Below are positions 45,887 through 54,386 of a DNA stretch of 64,000 nucleotides, one piece after another (position 1 is the first letter of the stretch; the number at the start of each line of letters is the position of its first letter). Below the pieces are notes generated by a model that saw only the letters and a program-made list of their open reading frames with translations, did not search any database and was not told the origin of the DNA. A program made the translations under genes and the position numbers. Source of the stretch: Nitrospirota bacterium (GTDB taxonomy: Bacteria; Nitrospirota; Thermodesulfovibrionia; Thermodesulfovibrionales; SM23-35); assembly GCA_049323875.1 (NCBI GenBank), contig JBMOLW010000033.1, positions 133,339 to 197,338 of the forward strand, written 5' to 3'.

Positions 45887-47861
45887 GACACACCTTGCAG
45901 TCACCTTGTGCGAACGGACTGTGCCTGATGTTTCGCAGGAGGCCGGGTTTCTCGCTCACATGAGGCTGGTGACAACCAAGACAGGATCGAATATCCGTCA
46001 GCGGTTTTAAATGGATTGTTTGGAATTTAGCAGTATCGCCTGAATGACACTCCATGCAGACTGCCGGGTCTTTCTTTTTCAGGAGACTGCGTAGACCGGC
46101 CGAGTGGGAGCCGTGACAGCTCAGGCAATCTCCCTCTTCCATACCGATATGCCCTTTTCTTACCGTAGTGGTGATTATTTGTTCATGACACGAAAGGCAG
46201 AGTTCCTTCGGTCTGTTATAAAGCAGCGCCCTGATTTTTGTACCGTGAGGGCTGTGGCAGCCGGTGCATCTTCCTTCTTCGACAGGCAGATGCTTTCTTT
46301 CGCCAGCGGTCATGTCTTGCTCTATATTTTTGTGACATTCATAACAGAGTGCAGCCATGGGTTTTACGGTAGTTCCCTGAAATTCGCTCGCATGGGGATC
46401 ATGGCAGGTTCCGCAGGCTTTTTCCCTGAAAGGCTTGTGCATTTCGTCCTCCTTCAGTTCTGAACCCTTGCTCTCATGGCAGTTCATGCACAATTGCCGG
46501 GGTTCTGCCTGGAGCAAGCGGCTGTTTGGCGACGCATGGGGCCTGTGACAGGATGTACATTGTCTGGTATTCACCGGGGCATGAATATAGGTCTTGAAAA
46601 ATTCCTTCTCCTCTTTCTTATGACAGGAGTAGCACAGTTCAGCAACGGAAATCTTCAGGAGATTCGCCTGACTGCTTCCATGCGAATTGTGACACCGGTT
46701 GCACTCGACCTTTGAAAACGGCTGATGCAGATTCCGCTCTTTCAACTGTTGTTCTGTCTTTCCATGGCATTGGAAACAGATCTGCTTTTCTGATGCAGTG
46801 AGAGAATAAGGATATTGTGAGGCATGCGGGTCATGGCAGGCTGTGCAACCCTTGTCCTTCATAGGCGCATGCACCGTTCCCAGTTTTACTACCTCTTCTT
46901 TTTTCTTGTGGCAGTCGATGCAGAGAAGATTTTTATCCCTTATCGTAACCTTCTGATAATCGGTTGCATGGGGATCGTGACAATCCTGGCATCTCCCCTT
47001 TTCGACGGGGCTGTGCAGGTAAGTCTTTTTGAATCCTGACTCCTCTCTTGTATGGCAGGAGTAGCAGAGCCTGGAATCTGTTTGATGAACTCCGAACGGA
47101 TTGGCGTCGGTAGCCGCATTGTGGCATGCACTGCACTTTCCTCCCTGGAGGGGAGAATGGACCGATTCTCTGAGAAGACCGGAATTCGTGGAACTGTGCG
47201 GAGTGTGGCATCTGCTGCAGGCGCTTTTTTCGACAGGATAATCCCGGTGAGCCTTCCTGAATTTATCCGCATTCAGGGCATGGCATGATCCGCAGAGTTC
47301 CGGCTCAGGCTTCACAAGATTATCTTTATTGGCCGAACCGTGTGCGTTATGGCACACATGGCAACCCTGTTCAAGGGGCTTATGCTGTTTCGTCCTGACA
47401 AAAGAATCTTTCTTATGGCAGGTGAAACACTGCTCGTTCCCTGTCTTTCTCTGAAGATACGGAGCGTCGGAAGCATGGGGACTGTGGCAAGGACGGCATT
47501 TGCTCTCTTTAAGTGGCGTGTGCACATGCGCCATCCCTGCGAGTGTTCCGGCCATGGCCTTATGACACAAGAAACAGAGTTTTTTCTCATCCCTGTCCTT
47601 AAGCGTGAGAACCGCGATCTTTCCGTGCCGGAGATGACACGCCTCGCAGTCGCGTTTTTTCATCGGATCATGCACATATTTTTTCTGAAATTCGCTCAGG
47701 GCGTCTTTATGACAGTCCAGACATGGTTTCGCCTGGAAGCCTTTTCTGCGGACAGTATCTGAAGGAGCGCACGCAAAAATAGCAATGATCAGCACCGATA
47801 ACAAGGCAAAGGTCATTCCCCTCAACGGTTTTTTCGTATGCATGGCGTTCAACCCTTTCAT
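45879..47861 (-). CDS. giant multihaem cytochrome c, 26 CXXCH
   Basis: 660 aa with 26 CXXCH counted one by one. Signal/lipobox-like MTFALLSVLIIAIFAC. ATGA overlap with the upstream isomerase gene. Confidence 0.9.
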   Translation of the reverse strand: MKGLNAMHTKKPLRGMTFALLSVLIIAIFACAPSDTVRRKGFQAKPCLDCHKDALSEFQKKYVHDPMKKRDCEACHLRHGKIAVLTLKDRDEKKLCFLCHKAMAGTLAGMAHVHTPLKESKCRPCHSPHASDAPYLQRKTGNEQCFTCHKKDSFVRTKQHKPLEQGCHVCHNAHGSANKDNLVKPEPELCGSCHALNADKFRKAHRDYPVEKSACSRCHTPHSSTNSGLLRESVHSPLQGGKCSACHNAATDANPFGVHQTDSRLCYSCHTREESGFKKTYLHSPVEKGRCQDCHDPHATDYQKVTIRDKNLLCIDCHKKKEEVVKLGTVHAPMKDKGCTACHDPHASQYPYSLTASEKQICFQCHGKTEQQLKERNLHQPFSKVECNRCHNSHGSSQANLLKISVAELCYSCHKKEEKEFFKTYIHAPVNTRQCTSCHRPHASPNSRLLQAEPRQLCMNCHESKGSELKEDEMHKPFREKACGTCHDPHASEFQGTTVKPMAALCYECHKNIEQDMTAGERKHLPVEEGRCTGCHSPHGTKIRALLYNRPKELCLSCHEQIITTTVRKGHIGMEEGDCLSCHGSHSAGLRSLLKKKDPAVCMECHSGDTAKFQTIHLKPLTDIRSCLGCHQPHVSEKPGLLRNIRHSPFAQGDCKVCHE

Positions 47862-49495
47862 GTCTTGAACTTCTTCTCGAACGCACTGATCTCATCGGAA
47901 TAAAAATGTATCCGTGCGCCGGTCTTGAGCTGGTTCACATATTTTTTCATAAGGGCGTCGAGCTGTTCCGCAAAACATGCCCTGTGGACGGCTTCCCGCA
48001 CTTTCTCAAACTTTTCGACTGAACCTCCTTCCCGTCCGCCCATCATATATATCCTGAACATCTGGTCATCCTGCACAATCTGACCCGTCTCTCCTCTCTT
48101 CAGCGTATCCAGAATATTTCCAACCGGTTCAGGCAGATCTTTTTTCATCAGGCAGCCTGCATCTCCGCCTTTTTCTGCATAAGGATCTACAGATTTCTTC
48201 TTCGCAAGCCAGCCGAAATCAGCATTGCCGGAAAGACTTCGCACTATTTCATCGGCCTCTTCGCGGTTCTTAACCGTAATCTGCCGGATCTTATAGCATA
48301 CCGGTGTTCTAAACTCATCCGTATTCCGGGTGTAATAGTCCTTCAGCCTTTCTTCCGTGATTGCGATCCGGGGGAAAATTATCCTCCTGATAAATGTATC
48401 TTTCAGGAGTTGATCTTCATACCGGCGGATGCTCTTCATCATCTCAGGGTCGTTCTCATAATGACGGCTGAGCGCTTCATGGTCAACCAGCTTCCTTTCC
48501 ACCCAGCCATCGAGAAGCCGTTCTTTGGATTCCCTGTTTCCTGGAGGTATTGACGAGATAAAATCCGATACGGCAAGCGTTGCGTCGTTTACCGCCGCCA
48601 GGGTTCTTCCGTCCTCAAGGCACTTTGCTCTCTTTTCACCGGAACAATTCAGGTTCACTTCCGACAAGAGTTCATAATCAATTATTATCCTTGCCTTTGT
48701 CCTGAGATATGCGAGAAATTCATCGCTTCTTGCCTTCTCTTTCTGTTTCCTGATAGCCTTGTCCATCTGTTTCCTGACTTTTGCGAATCCCTCCGGGGAA
48801 GCCTCTTGCCTCCGAACCAATCTTAAAAGGTAATATTTTCCGTCAATCTGGACCGGATCGCTTGTCTCTCCCGGCGTCATTCCCTGTAATGGTTCACGAA
48901 GTCCAGAGGATATTGAGATTCCGGTCAGGGTTATCTCTTCTCCCGGATGCTGCGCAGGGTGCCTTGAATACTTTTGCGCGAGTGCAACAAAGTCACCCCC
49001 CTGTTTCAGTTCGTCCATAATCGTGCGGGCTTTGTCCTCAGAATCGGCTTGAATAATTCTCAGGACGAACCGTGCATAATTCTTATCGTAAGAGTCCTCA
49101 AGCTCCCTGTCCGTAACCGAGACTTTTCTGATGATCTCTTCGTCATGGAGCTTTACGACCGACTCCCGCAGGATAAATGCCTCGACAGCCTGTCTCACTT
49201 CCGGATATCGATCCATGCCTGCATTGCGCGCTTCGTTCATGATCAGCCTCTCGTCCACAAGTTTGTAGACATACTGTCGGATATCGATCGTCCCTGCGCC
49301 CGAGAGATCCTCTTTCCTGTGCGCAATGGCAAGCGCATATTTCAGATCAAACTCGGTAATGGGATCGCCATCGACAACAGCAAGAACCGATTCTTCCCGG
49401 GGAAGCGACGCGCAGCCACAAAAAACAGCAAATACTATACAGCAAATAGAAAACAGCAGAATGTTTGTACTTTTTGAATTCATTGTGCTTTTCAT
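47858..49495 (-). CDS. SurA-like lipoprotein with two PpiC/parvulin-type domains
   Basis: Lipobox FAVFCGC. SurA-N-like region (LAVVDGDPITEFDLKY). Two parvulin-like segments. Confidence 0.75.
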   Translation of the reverse strand: MKSTMNSKSTNILLFSICCIVFAVFCGCASLPREESVLAVVDGDPITEFDLKYALAIAHRKEDLSGAGTIDIRQYVYKLVDERLIMNEARNAGMDRYPEVRQAVEAFILRESVVKLHDEEIIRKVSVTDRELEDSYDKNYARFVLRIIQADSEDKARTIMDELKQGGDFVALAQKYSRHPAQHPGEEITLTGISISSGLREPLQGMTPGETSDPVQIDGKYYLLRLVRRQEASPEGFAKVRKQMDKAIRKQKEKARSDEFLAYLRTKARIIIDYELLSEVNLNCSGEKRAKCLEDGRTLAAVNDATLAVSDFISSIPPGNRESKERLLDGWVERKLVDHEALSRHYENDPEMMKSIRRYEDQLLKDTFIRRIIFPRIAITEERLKDYYTRNTDEFRTPVCYKIRQITVKNREEADEIVRSLSGNADFGWLAKKKSVDPYAEKGGDAGCLMKKDLPEPVGNILDTLKRGETGQIVQDDQMFRIYMMGGREGGSVEKFEKVREAVHRACFAEQLDALMKKYVNQLKTGARIHFYSDEISAFEKKFKT

Positions 49496-49507
49496 CCTTT
49501 ATCAATA

Positions 49508-49602
49508 GTCACTAGTCATTAGTCATTAGTCATTGTTTTTTCATTGACCAGTGACCATTGACCAATGTCTGTCTTTCATTGACCAATGACTGTCTTTCAT
49601 TG
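49508..49602. repeat. intercistronic inverted heptamer arrays, TGAC family, locus A
   Basis: gtcactagtcattagtcattagtcattg, then a T6 loop, then cattgaccagtgaccattgaccaatg, then two copies of ctgtctttcattg. The last copy contains the stop codon of the upstream gene. Confidence 0.85.
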
Positions 49603-50742
49603 CCATCTTACGTTCTCCAGATTTTCCACGATTTTTGATACTATTTTGTTTGCGACATTTTCGGCCGACCGTATCCTTCCCCAGTCGAGTATGGCAACAC
49701 CGTCATCACCCTGGTATTCGTAGCTGTTGCACCAGAGTATTCTGTTCTCCCGCGCATCGATGAGCCGCGCGCTTATCGATGCTTCCGGCGGCATATTCCC
49801 TTTTCCTTCGCTGTATGACTCGACCGTCCCGACAAGAATAGCGTCCACTCCGGTCATTTCTGCCAGGGTATCCGTGTTCATATAATCCAGTTCTCCCTTC
49901 CCTCTTACGCGGTTTTCAATCATAAATCGTCTTACTTCGCCGAATTCCACAGGATCGAACATTCCATTCTTGGATAGCGCCGAGAGAAAAAGATATGAGG
50001 CGATAATCCCTGCATCCTCTTTCCTGCTGTCGTTCTTGAACGGGATGACCGCAATTTTGTATCTCTTTTCTTCCGATTCGCTCTGCGGATAGGCAGTCAG
50101 GGATGCGAATAGCACATCCAACACTCTGTCCGTGAGTTGTCCGATATCTCTGATCGTGCCCAGCTCCAGTATGGTCGTAAAATCCTCCCCGGTAAATGCC
50201 GCGTTATCTGCCCAGAGAATGGCGCAGTCCGCTGCCCTCACAATCCTGGCCGACAGGCCTACTATGGGATTCTCGCCATTCGAAAATGAATTTACCGATC
50301 CGATAACAATACCTTGCACACCGAGTTCCTGTTCCATTTTACCCGCGGCTTCTCTCCCGATGCAGCCTGTAGTCCTGATCCTTTCCTTCAGGAGAAATTC
50401 CTCAACTCTTGCCTCATCGATGACCGTGAATCCTTTTTCTTCGAGACTGCTTCTGACTTTGGGCATGAGAAATTTCACCACTGCCGCATCTTCAGTGAAA
50501 TTTTCAAAGGGCAAAAGCGCAATGTTTTCCTTCCCCGCAGTGATCCCAGAAGTCCCGCAGGCTTTTTCCGGTGAGAACACACAAAAAACTATCAGGGCGA
50601 CCAAAACAAGACAGGAAGTTCGGAGCAAAGAGCTGAATCCGGTCTGATAAATTCGCAGCCAGTGCAACTCTTTGCTCACGACCTTCTGTCCGCTGGTCTT
50701 CGTGCGCTGCGCCCTGCACTCAGTATTGTTTCCCCTCTCCAT
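49597..50742 (-). CDS. envelope protein with two tandem LpoB/DUF799-like domains
   Basis: The two halves both carry (I/V)A(L/V)(L/I)PFxN ... G(V/I)(Q/D)(G/A)I(V/L)(I/V)G(S/T)V ... ARL/ARI...ILW. N-terminal hydrophobic anchor. Confidence 0.6.
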   Translation of the reverse strand: MERGNNTECRAQRTKTSGQKVVSKELHWLRIYQTGFSSLLRTSCLVLVALIVFCVFSPEKACGTSGITAGKENIALLPFENFTEDAAVVKFLMPKVRSSLEEKGFTVIDEARVEEFLLKERIRTTGCIGREAAGKMEQELGVQGIVIGSVNSFSNGENPIVGLSARIVRAADCAILWADNAAFTGEDFTTILELGTIRDIGQLTDRVLDVLFASLTAYPQSESEEKRYKIAVIPFKNDSRKEDAGIIASYLFLSALSKNGMFDPVEFGEVRRFMIENRVRGKGELDYMNTDTLAEMTGVDAILVGTVESYSEGKGNMPPEASISARLIDARENRILWCNSYEYQGDDGVAILDWGRIRSAENVANKIVSKIVENLENVRWQ

Positions 50743-50747
50743 ACGTT

Positions 50748-51323
50748 TCAGTGATATAATGTCTGCACCGCCTCCCTGACGACATTTAGAACTGTTTCGC
50801 TCATGGTATCAGCCCTCGCGCCGAAATGCTTTGCCATAAAACCTGCCCCACCCTTAGTTTTGGTGACCGACCAGATGATGCTCCCGGAATTGGCATCAGC
50901 CATCATCAGGGTAATAGCAACTTCCGGTGCAGAAATATTCCCTTCCCTGATCTCCCCGTATTTGTTCACCGACCCGAGGATAATCCCTTGTACATGAAGG
51001 GATTTCGCAAGAGATTTCATATGTTCCGAATTCGGCGAGTCCCCGGACTTTACCTTCAGTGATGCCAGCGCAGCATTCACATCGCCAGGGCATACCACCT
51101 CAACCAGGTTCGAGGCAAGCAGTTCGCTGATTACAACCTGCCTGACGGCATCCGCAGCAAACTTATCGTTGGTATTGTTGTCAAGAGGAAGCACCGCAAC
51201 CCGTTTTATGAAACTGAAATCCGTATTCTGGTCCAGATAGAAAGAAGCGTTTCCCTTTCCACCGCAGCCGGTAATAAATAAGATGAGAATGCTTACCGGA
51301 ATCAATCGCTTAAGTAAATTCAT
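50748..51323 (-). CDS. lipoprotein with one LpoB/DUF799-like domain
   Basis: Lipobox LFITGC. VAVLPLDNNTNDKFAADAVRQVVISELL ... GIILGSVNKYGE ... ADANSGSIIWS. Confidence 0.65.
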   Translation of the reverse strand: MNLLKRLIPVSILILFITGCGGKGNASFYLDQNTDFSFIKRVAVLPLDNNTNDKFAADAVRQVVISELLASNLVEVVCPGDVNAALASLKVKSGDSPNSEHMKSLAKSLHVQGIILGSVNKYGEIREGNISAPEVAITLMMADANSGSIIWSVTKTKGGAGFMAKHFGARADTMSETVLNVVREAVQTLYH

Positions 51324-51345
51324 ATATCAACACCTCTTATCATTA

Positions 51346-51373
51346 AGTCACTGGTCACTAGTGACCAGTGACT
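51346..51373. repeat. perfect 28-bp palindrome, TGAC family, locus B
   Basis: AGTCACTGGTCACTAGTGACCAGTGACT equals its own reverse complement. It lies between two lipoprotein genes. Confidence 0.9.
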
Positions 51374-51376
51374 GTT

Positions 51377-51958
51377 TTAAAAGATTGTCCTTATCGCTTC
51401 TTTCACAACCTTCCCCGCCGTCTCACTCAACGACGCACCTTCAGCCCCAAAATGTCTTGTCCAAAAGTCCGGACCTCCTGATGTATGCCTGACCGACCAG
51501 ACAATATCGCCTGAAGATACCTCGATAAGGCGCAGGTTAATGGTTACTTCAGGGTACGAGACGGTTACCCCTCTTCCCATGCCGTATGTCTCGACAGCTC
51601 CCGTCATCACTGCTGAGACATCGAGTGTATTGCCTATCTCCTGTATCTCCTTCACGCTGATTGTGGCAGGCGATTTCACCTTCAACTCCCTGCAGAGCCT
51701 CGTTATCTCGCCCGGCTCAACCACCTCCACTTCCCGCGCAAGCAACTCCGTCAGGACAATCCTCCTGATCTTTTCACCGGCATGTTCGTTCCCGGTAAAA
51801 TTCTCGAACGGCAACACCGCGACCGTCTTGAGACCGCCGGTGTCCGTGTCCTTTTTTACAAAATGCTTCGGACCGCATCCTCCCGCAAATAAACTCAACA
51901 ACACAAAGAGCAAGAAGCTTACCAGAATAAAATTGTTTAGCAAATTTATAAAGTTCAC
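51377..51958 (-). CDS. lipoprotein with one LpoB/DUF799-like domain
   Basis: I prefer GTG 51958, giving (M)NFINLLNNFILVSFLLFVLLSLFAGGC, a clean lipoprotein signal. The track start at 52081 overlaps the barrel gene and reads through a repeat array. VAVLPFENFTGNEHAGEKIRRIVLTELL. Confidence 0.65.
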   Translation of the reverse strand: MNFINLLNNFILVSFLLFVLLSLFAGGCGPKHFVKKDTDTGGLKTVAVLPFENFTGNEHAGEKIRRIVLTELLAREVEVVEPGEITRLCRELKVKSPATISVKEIQEIGNTLDVSAVMTGAVETYGMGRGVTVSYPEVTINLRLIEVSSGDIVWSVRHTSGGPDFWTRHFGAEGASLSETAGKVVKEAIRTIF

Positions 51959-52005
51959 ACAGCTTACACGGTTTACGTAGTTTGCACGGTTTATGTGGTT
52001 TCCTG
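51952..52005. repeat. six tandem 9-nt repeats (consensus RGTTTACRY)
   Basis: agttcacac-agcttacac-ggtttacgt-agtttgcac-ggtttatgt-ggtttcctg, followed by a small hairpin TGAGTTT-TT-AAACTCA (52004-52019). Confidence 0.75.
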
Positions 52006-52065
52006 AGTTTTTAAACTCAACAAACTGTGTCAACAAAGTCAGCCAAGTAATCCGTATTAACTGTG

Positions 52066-54381
52066 TTACCAGAACCTGCATGTCAGATTTCCTCCCAGAT
52101 TGTATGTTTCGGTCTTATTCTTATCATCGCTCAGGGTGTAAGTATACGTAAGCTGGGCGTCAATAAATTTGGTCACATACCACAAAACATATCCGCCCAG
52201 AGTATGTGTATTGGCGGACTCTGCTTTCTCATATCTGTGCTCATACCGAAGGTTTATTCTCACCGCAGGCACCATCAGCCAGTCGACAAATGCCCCTTCG
52301 GAGATTGTCCCATTCCCGTCCGTATCGGTAATCCTGAAGTTTCCGGAGAGACTGATAAACCTTCCCGGACGGTAGGTAATGATGAATGTTCCGTCATGGG
52401 AATGTCCGGATGCAGTGCCGGAAAGGAAGCTCAGGCCGTAGCTCAGGTTTGCAGTCAGGTTCAGCGAAAGACGGGCATCAAGCGTTCCTCTTATATACCA
52501 TGTGGTATTGAGCGTTTCTTCCTGAGAGGACTCTGTTGATGAAAGGCGGTATACCGGATAGGTCTTTGCTTTCGTATACCCGACGTCGGTAATCATATTG
52601 ACTTCCCTGTGCAGCCGGGAGCCTATCGTGAGCAGCACAAGGTCGCTGATTGACTGTTTTTGATCAAAACTGTAACTGCACGTTCTGATGAGCGAGAAAT
52701 TGGTATCGAGTGTCGGGAGCAGGGATGAGCTGAAAGTAAGCGAATAAGAATCCGATTGTATATCGGTTTTGTTCGGGTCGTCCCGGTCCCTGTTGTCAAA
52801 CCCCTCGTTTCGCTGGAATCGGGCCGTTGTCGTGAGAAAATCAGTGGTAAGCCATGTGGCGCTCGCGCCATAAGTCCTCGTTACATTGCTCTTCAGTCTG
52901 GAGTCCTTTTCGCCGTCGAGCCTGCGTATCATGTTTGCAAATGCCCCTCCGATAGAACCGAGAACCGATTCAGGCTCCTGGTCGTTCCGGTTCAGATAGT
53001 AATTCAGGGAAAAACTCAGCCTGGTGACCGGCTTGTATGTTGCGCTCACGTTGATTCCATGGGTGAAAAACGTTGTGATTTGGGTGTTTTTCCCTCTGTT
53101 GAAAGTTTCTCTGCCCCATGCCTCCATCTCAGTGACAAGCACGTCGCTGATGGTTGCGGTATCCATCGTCACCGCTTTCAGGTAGAGCGCATCCTGTGCA
53201 GAAGTGAGTTGCATTTCGTAGCGGTAGATATTCTGGAGTGCATCGTACAGGGTTATCGTTATGGCCTGCACAGAAACCTCGGTCCAGGTATTGGGCAGAT
53301 TCGTGTTGCTCCTATAGACTCTCCAGTTGGCCGGATTGTCCAAATTCATATCGTTCCTGACGTCTTTATTCACATAGAGGTACAGAGCGTCGACCGATTT
53401 GCCCGATTCGTTCAAAATCCCTATGTTATGGTACCTGCTTCCGTTCTGTCCGATATTGATCGTGCCGCCCGAAGTCGTTGCAGGCGACTCATAGTCTCCG
53501 TCCGTAAGTGCGGGTGCCGGAGCAAGCGTGTCCACCGGAGGCTGAATCTGCGTACCGATCCCGTACTGTCCGAATACAGGCGTCCTCCTAACCTCGATGC
53601 TGCCGCTCTGTTCTGCAAAGCTCCCGGTCTTGTTCCGGGTAAAATTGCCCTGATACCCTGCCGCCACACTGACGCGGTTGTTCAGGAGCGATTTGTTGTA
53701 ACCGATGTTGTACATGCAGTTCAGATTGTTATTCACTGTCTTATAGACATTATTCAGGGGAGTCTCGTTCTCATTCCATTTGTATGAGACGTTGTACGAT
53801 ACCTTTAACCCCCTGTATAGCAGTTCATACCATGACGTGCCCGTGAGTTTCGTGTCGGTGGAATCTGCATCCCTGGGAGAGAGATGATCATAATCCCTCT
53901 GCCTGTCGAGCTGGACGGAGAGATTCGGCAGTTCGTAAGGTCTCACCGTGAAACGGGCATAAGAGAATTCGGTGGTCTTCCTGCTGTCGTTCTCGAGATT
54001 GGCCGTGTCCCACTGCTCAAGACGCCTTGCCCCTGCCTCCACCCCGTACACAGGGTGCCTGAAAAACAGGTCTAATGCCGGCTCCACAGCCCTCAGGTAA
54101 TCCTTTCTCTTTTCCCCTTCCGCATCGGTAGTATGGGTGTTGGTGAGTGTCGTCCTGAGGTTCAGATGGTAAGAGAGCAGAGGGGTAACGCTCTTTTCGA
54201 AACGGAAATAGTAGTTCTGGTAAAGACTGTCCGATTCACTCACCTTCAGATCGTCCTCATATTCTCTCAGATTCGTGTAATACATATTGATCCATGCACT
54301 CGGACCATCGGCAAAGGCTTGAGAGTTGCACAAGCAGGTCATTATTGTGATTGCTATAACTATCCATGCTCTATGGTTCAT
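52066..54381 (-). CDS. 771-aa outer-membrane beta-barrel protein with an inserted jelly-roll-like domain
   Basis: Signal peptide ending SQAFA-DG. Alternating amphipathic strands rich in Y/T/N/S. C-terminal aromatic signal ...LTCRFW. Residues about 262-424 look like a soluble galactose-binding-like domain. Confidence 0.75.
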   Translation of the reverse strand: MNHRAWIVIAITIMTCLCNSQAFADGPSAWINMYYTNLREYEDDLKVSESDSLYQNYYFRFEKSVTPLLSYHLNLRTTLTNTHTTDAEGEKRKDYLRAVEPALDLFFRHPVYGVEAGARRLEQWDTANLENDSRKTTEFSYARFTVRPYELPNLSVQLDRQRDYDHLSPRDADSTDTKLTGTSWYELLYRGLKVSYNVSYKWNENETPLNNVYKTVNNNLNCMYNIGYNKSLLNNRVSVAAGYQGNFTRNKTGSFAEQSGSIEVRRTPVFGQYGIGTQIQPPVDTLAPAPALTDGDYESPATTSGGTINIGQNGSRYHNIGILNESGKSVDALYLYVNKDVRNDMNLDNPANWRVYRSNTNLPNTWTEVSVQAITITLYDALQNIYRYEMQLTSAQDALYLKAVTMDTATISDVLVTEMEAWGRETFNRGKNTQITTFFTHGINVSATYKPVTRLSFSLNYYLNRNDQEPESVLGSIGGAFANMIRRLDGEKDSRLKSNVTRTYGASATWLTTDFLTTTARFQRNEGFDNRDRDDPNKTDIQSDSYSLTFSSSLLPTLDTNFSLIRTCSYSFDQKQSISDLVLLTIGSRLHREVNMITDVGYTKAKTYPVYRLSSTESSQEETLNTTWYIRGTLDARLSLNLTANLSYGLSFLSGTASGHSHDGTFIITYRPGRFISLSGNFRITDTDGNGTISEGAFVDWLMVPAVRINLRYEHRYEKAESANTHTLGGYVLWYVTKFIDAQLTYTYTLSDDKNKTETYNLGGNLTCRFW

Positions 54382-54386
54382 TTATT

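Noticed and set aside
49540-49599. 19-codon mini-ORF MKDSHWSMKDRHWSMVTGQ (and an 11-codon relative at 54431-54466) as genuine micropeptide genes
   Set aside because: There is no SD. The sequence is fully explained by the repeat structure, and the frame is a by-product of a 21-nt unit. I kept it only as a note under the shared 24-mer finding.
52756-53787. 343-aa plus-strand ORF
   Set aside because: It is antisense to the barrel gene. It is rich in R/V/H, with no recognisable domain.
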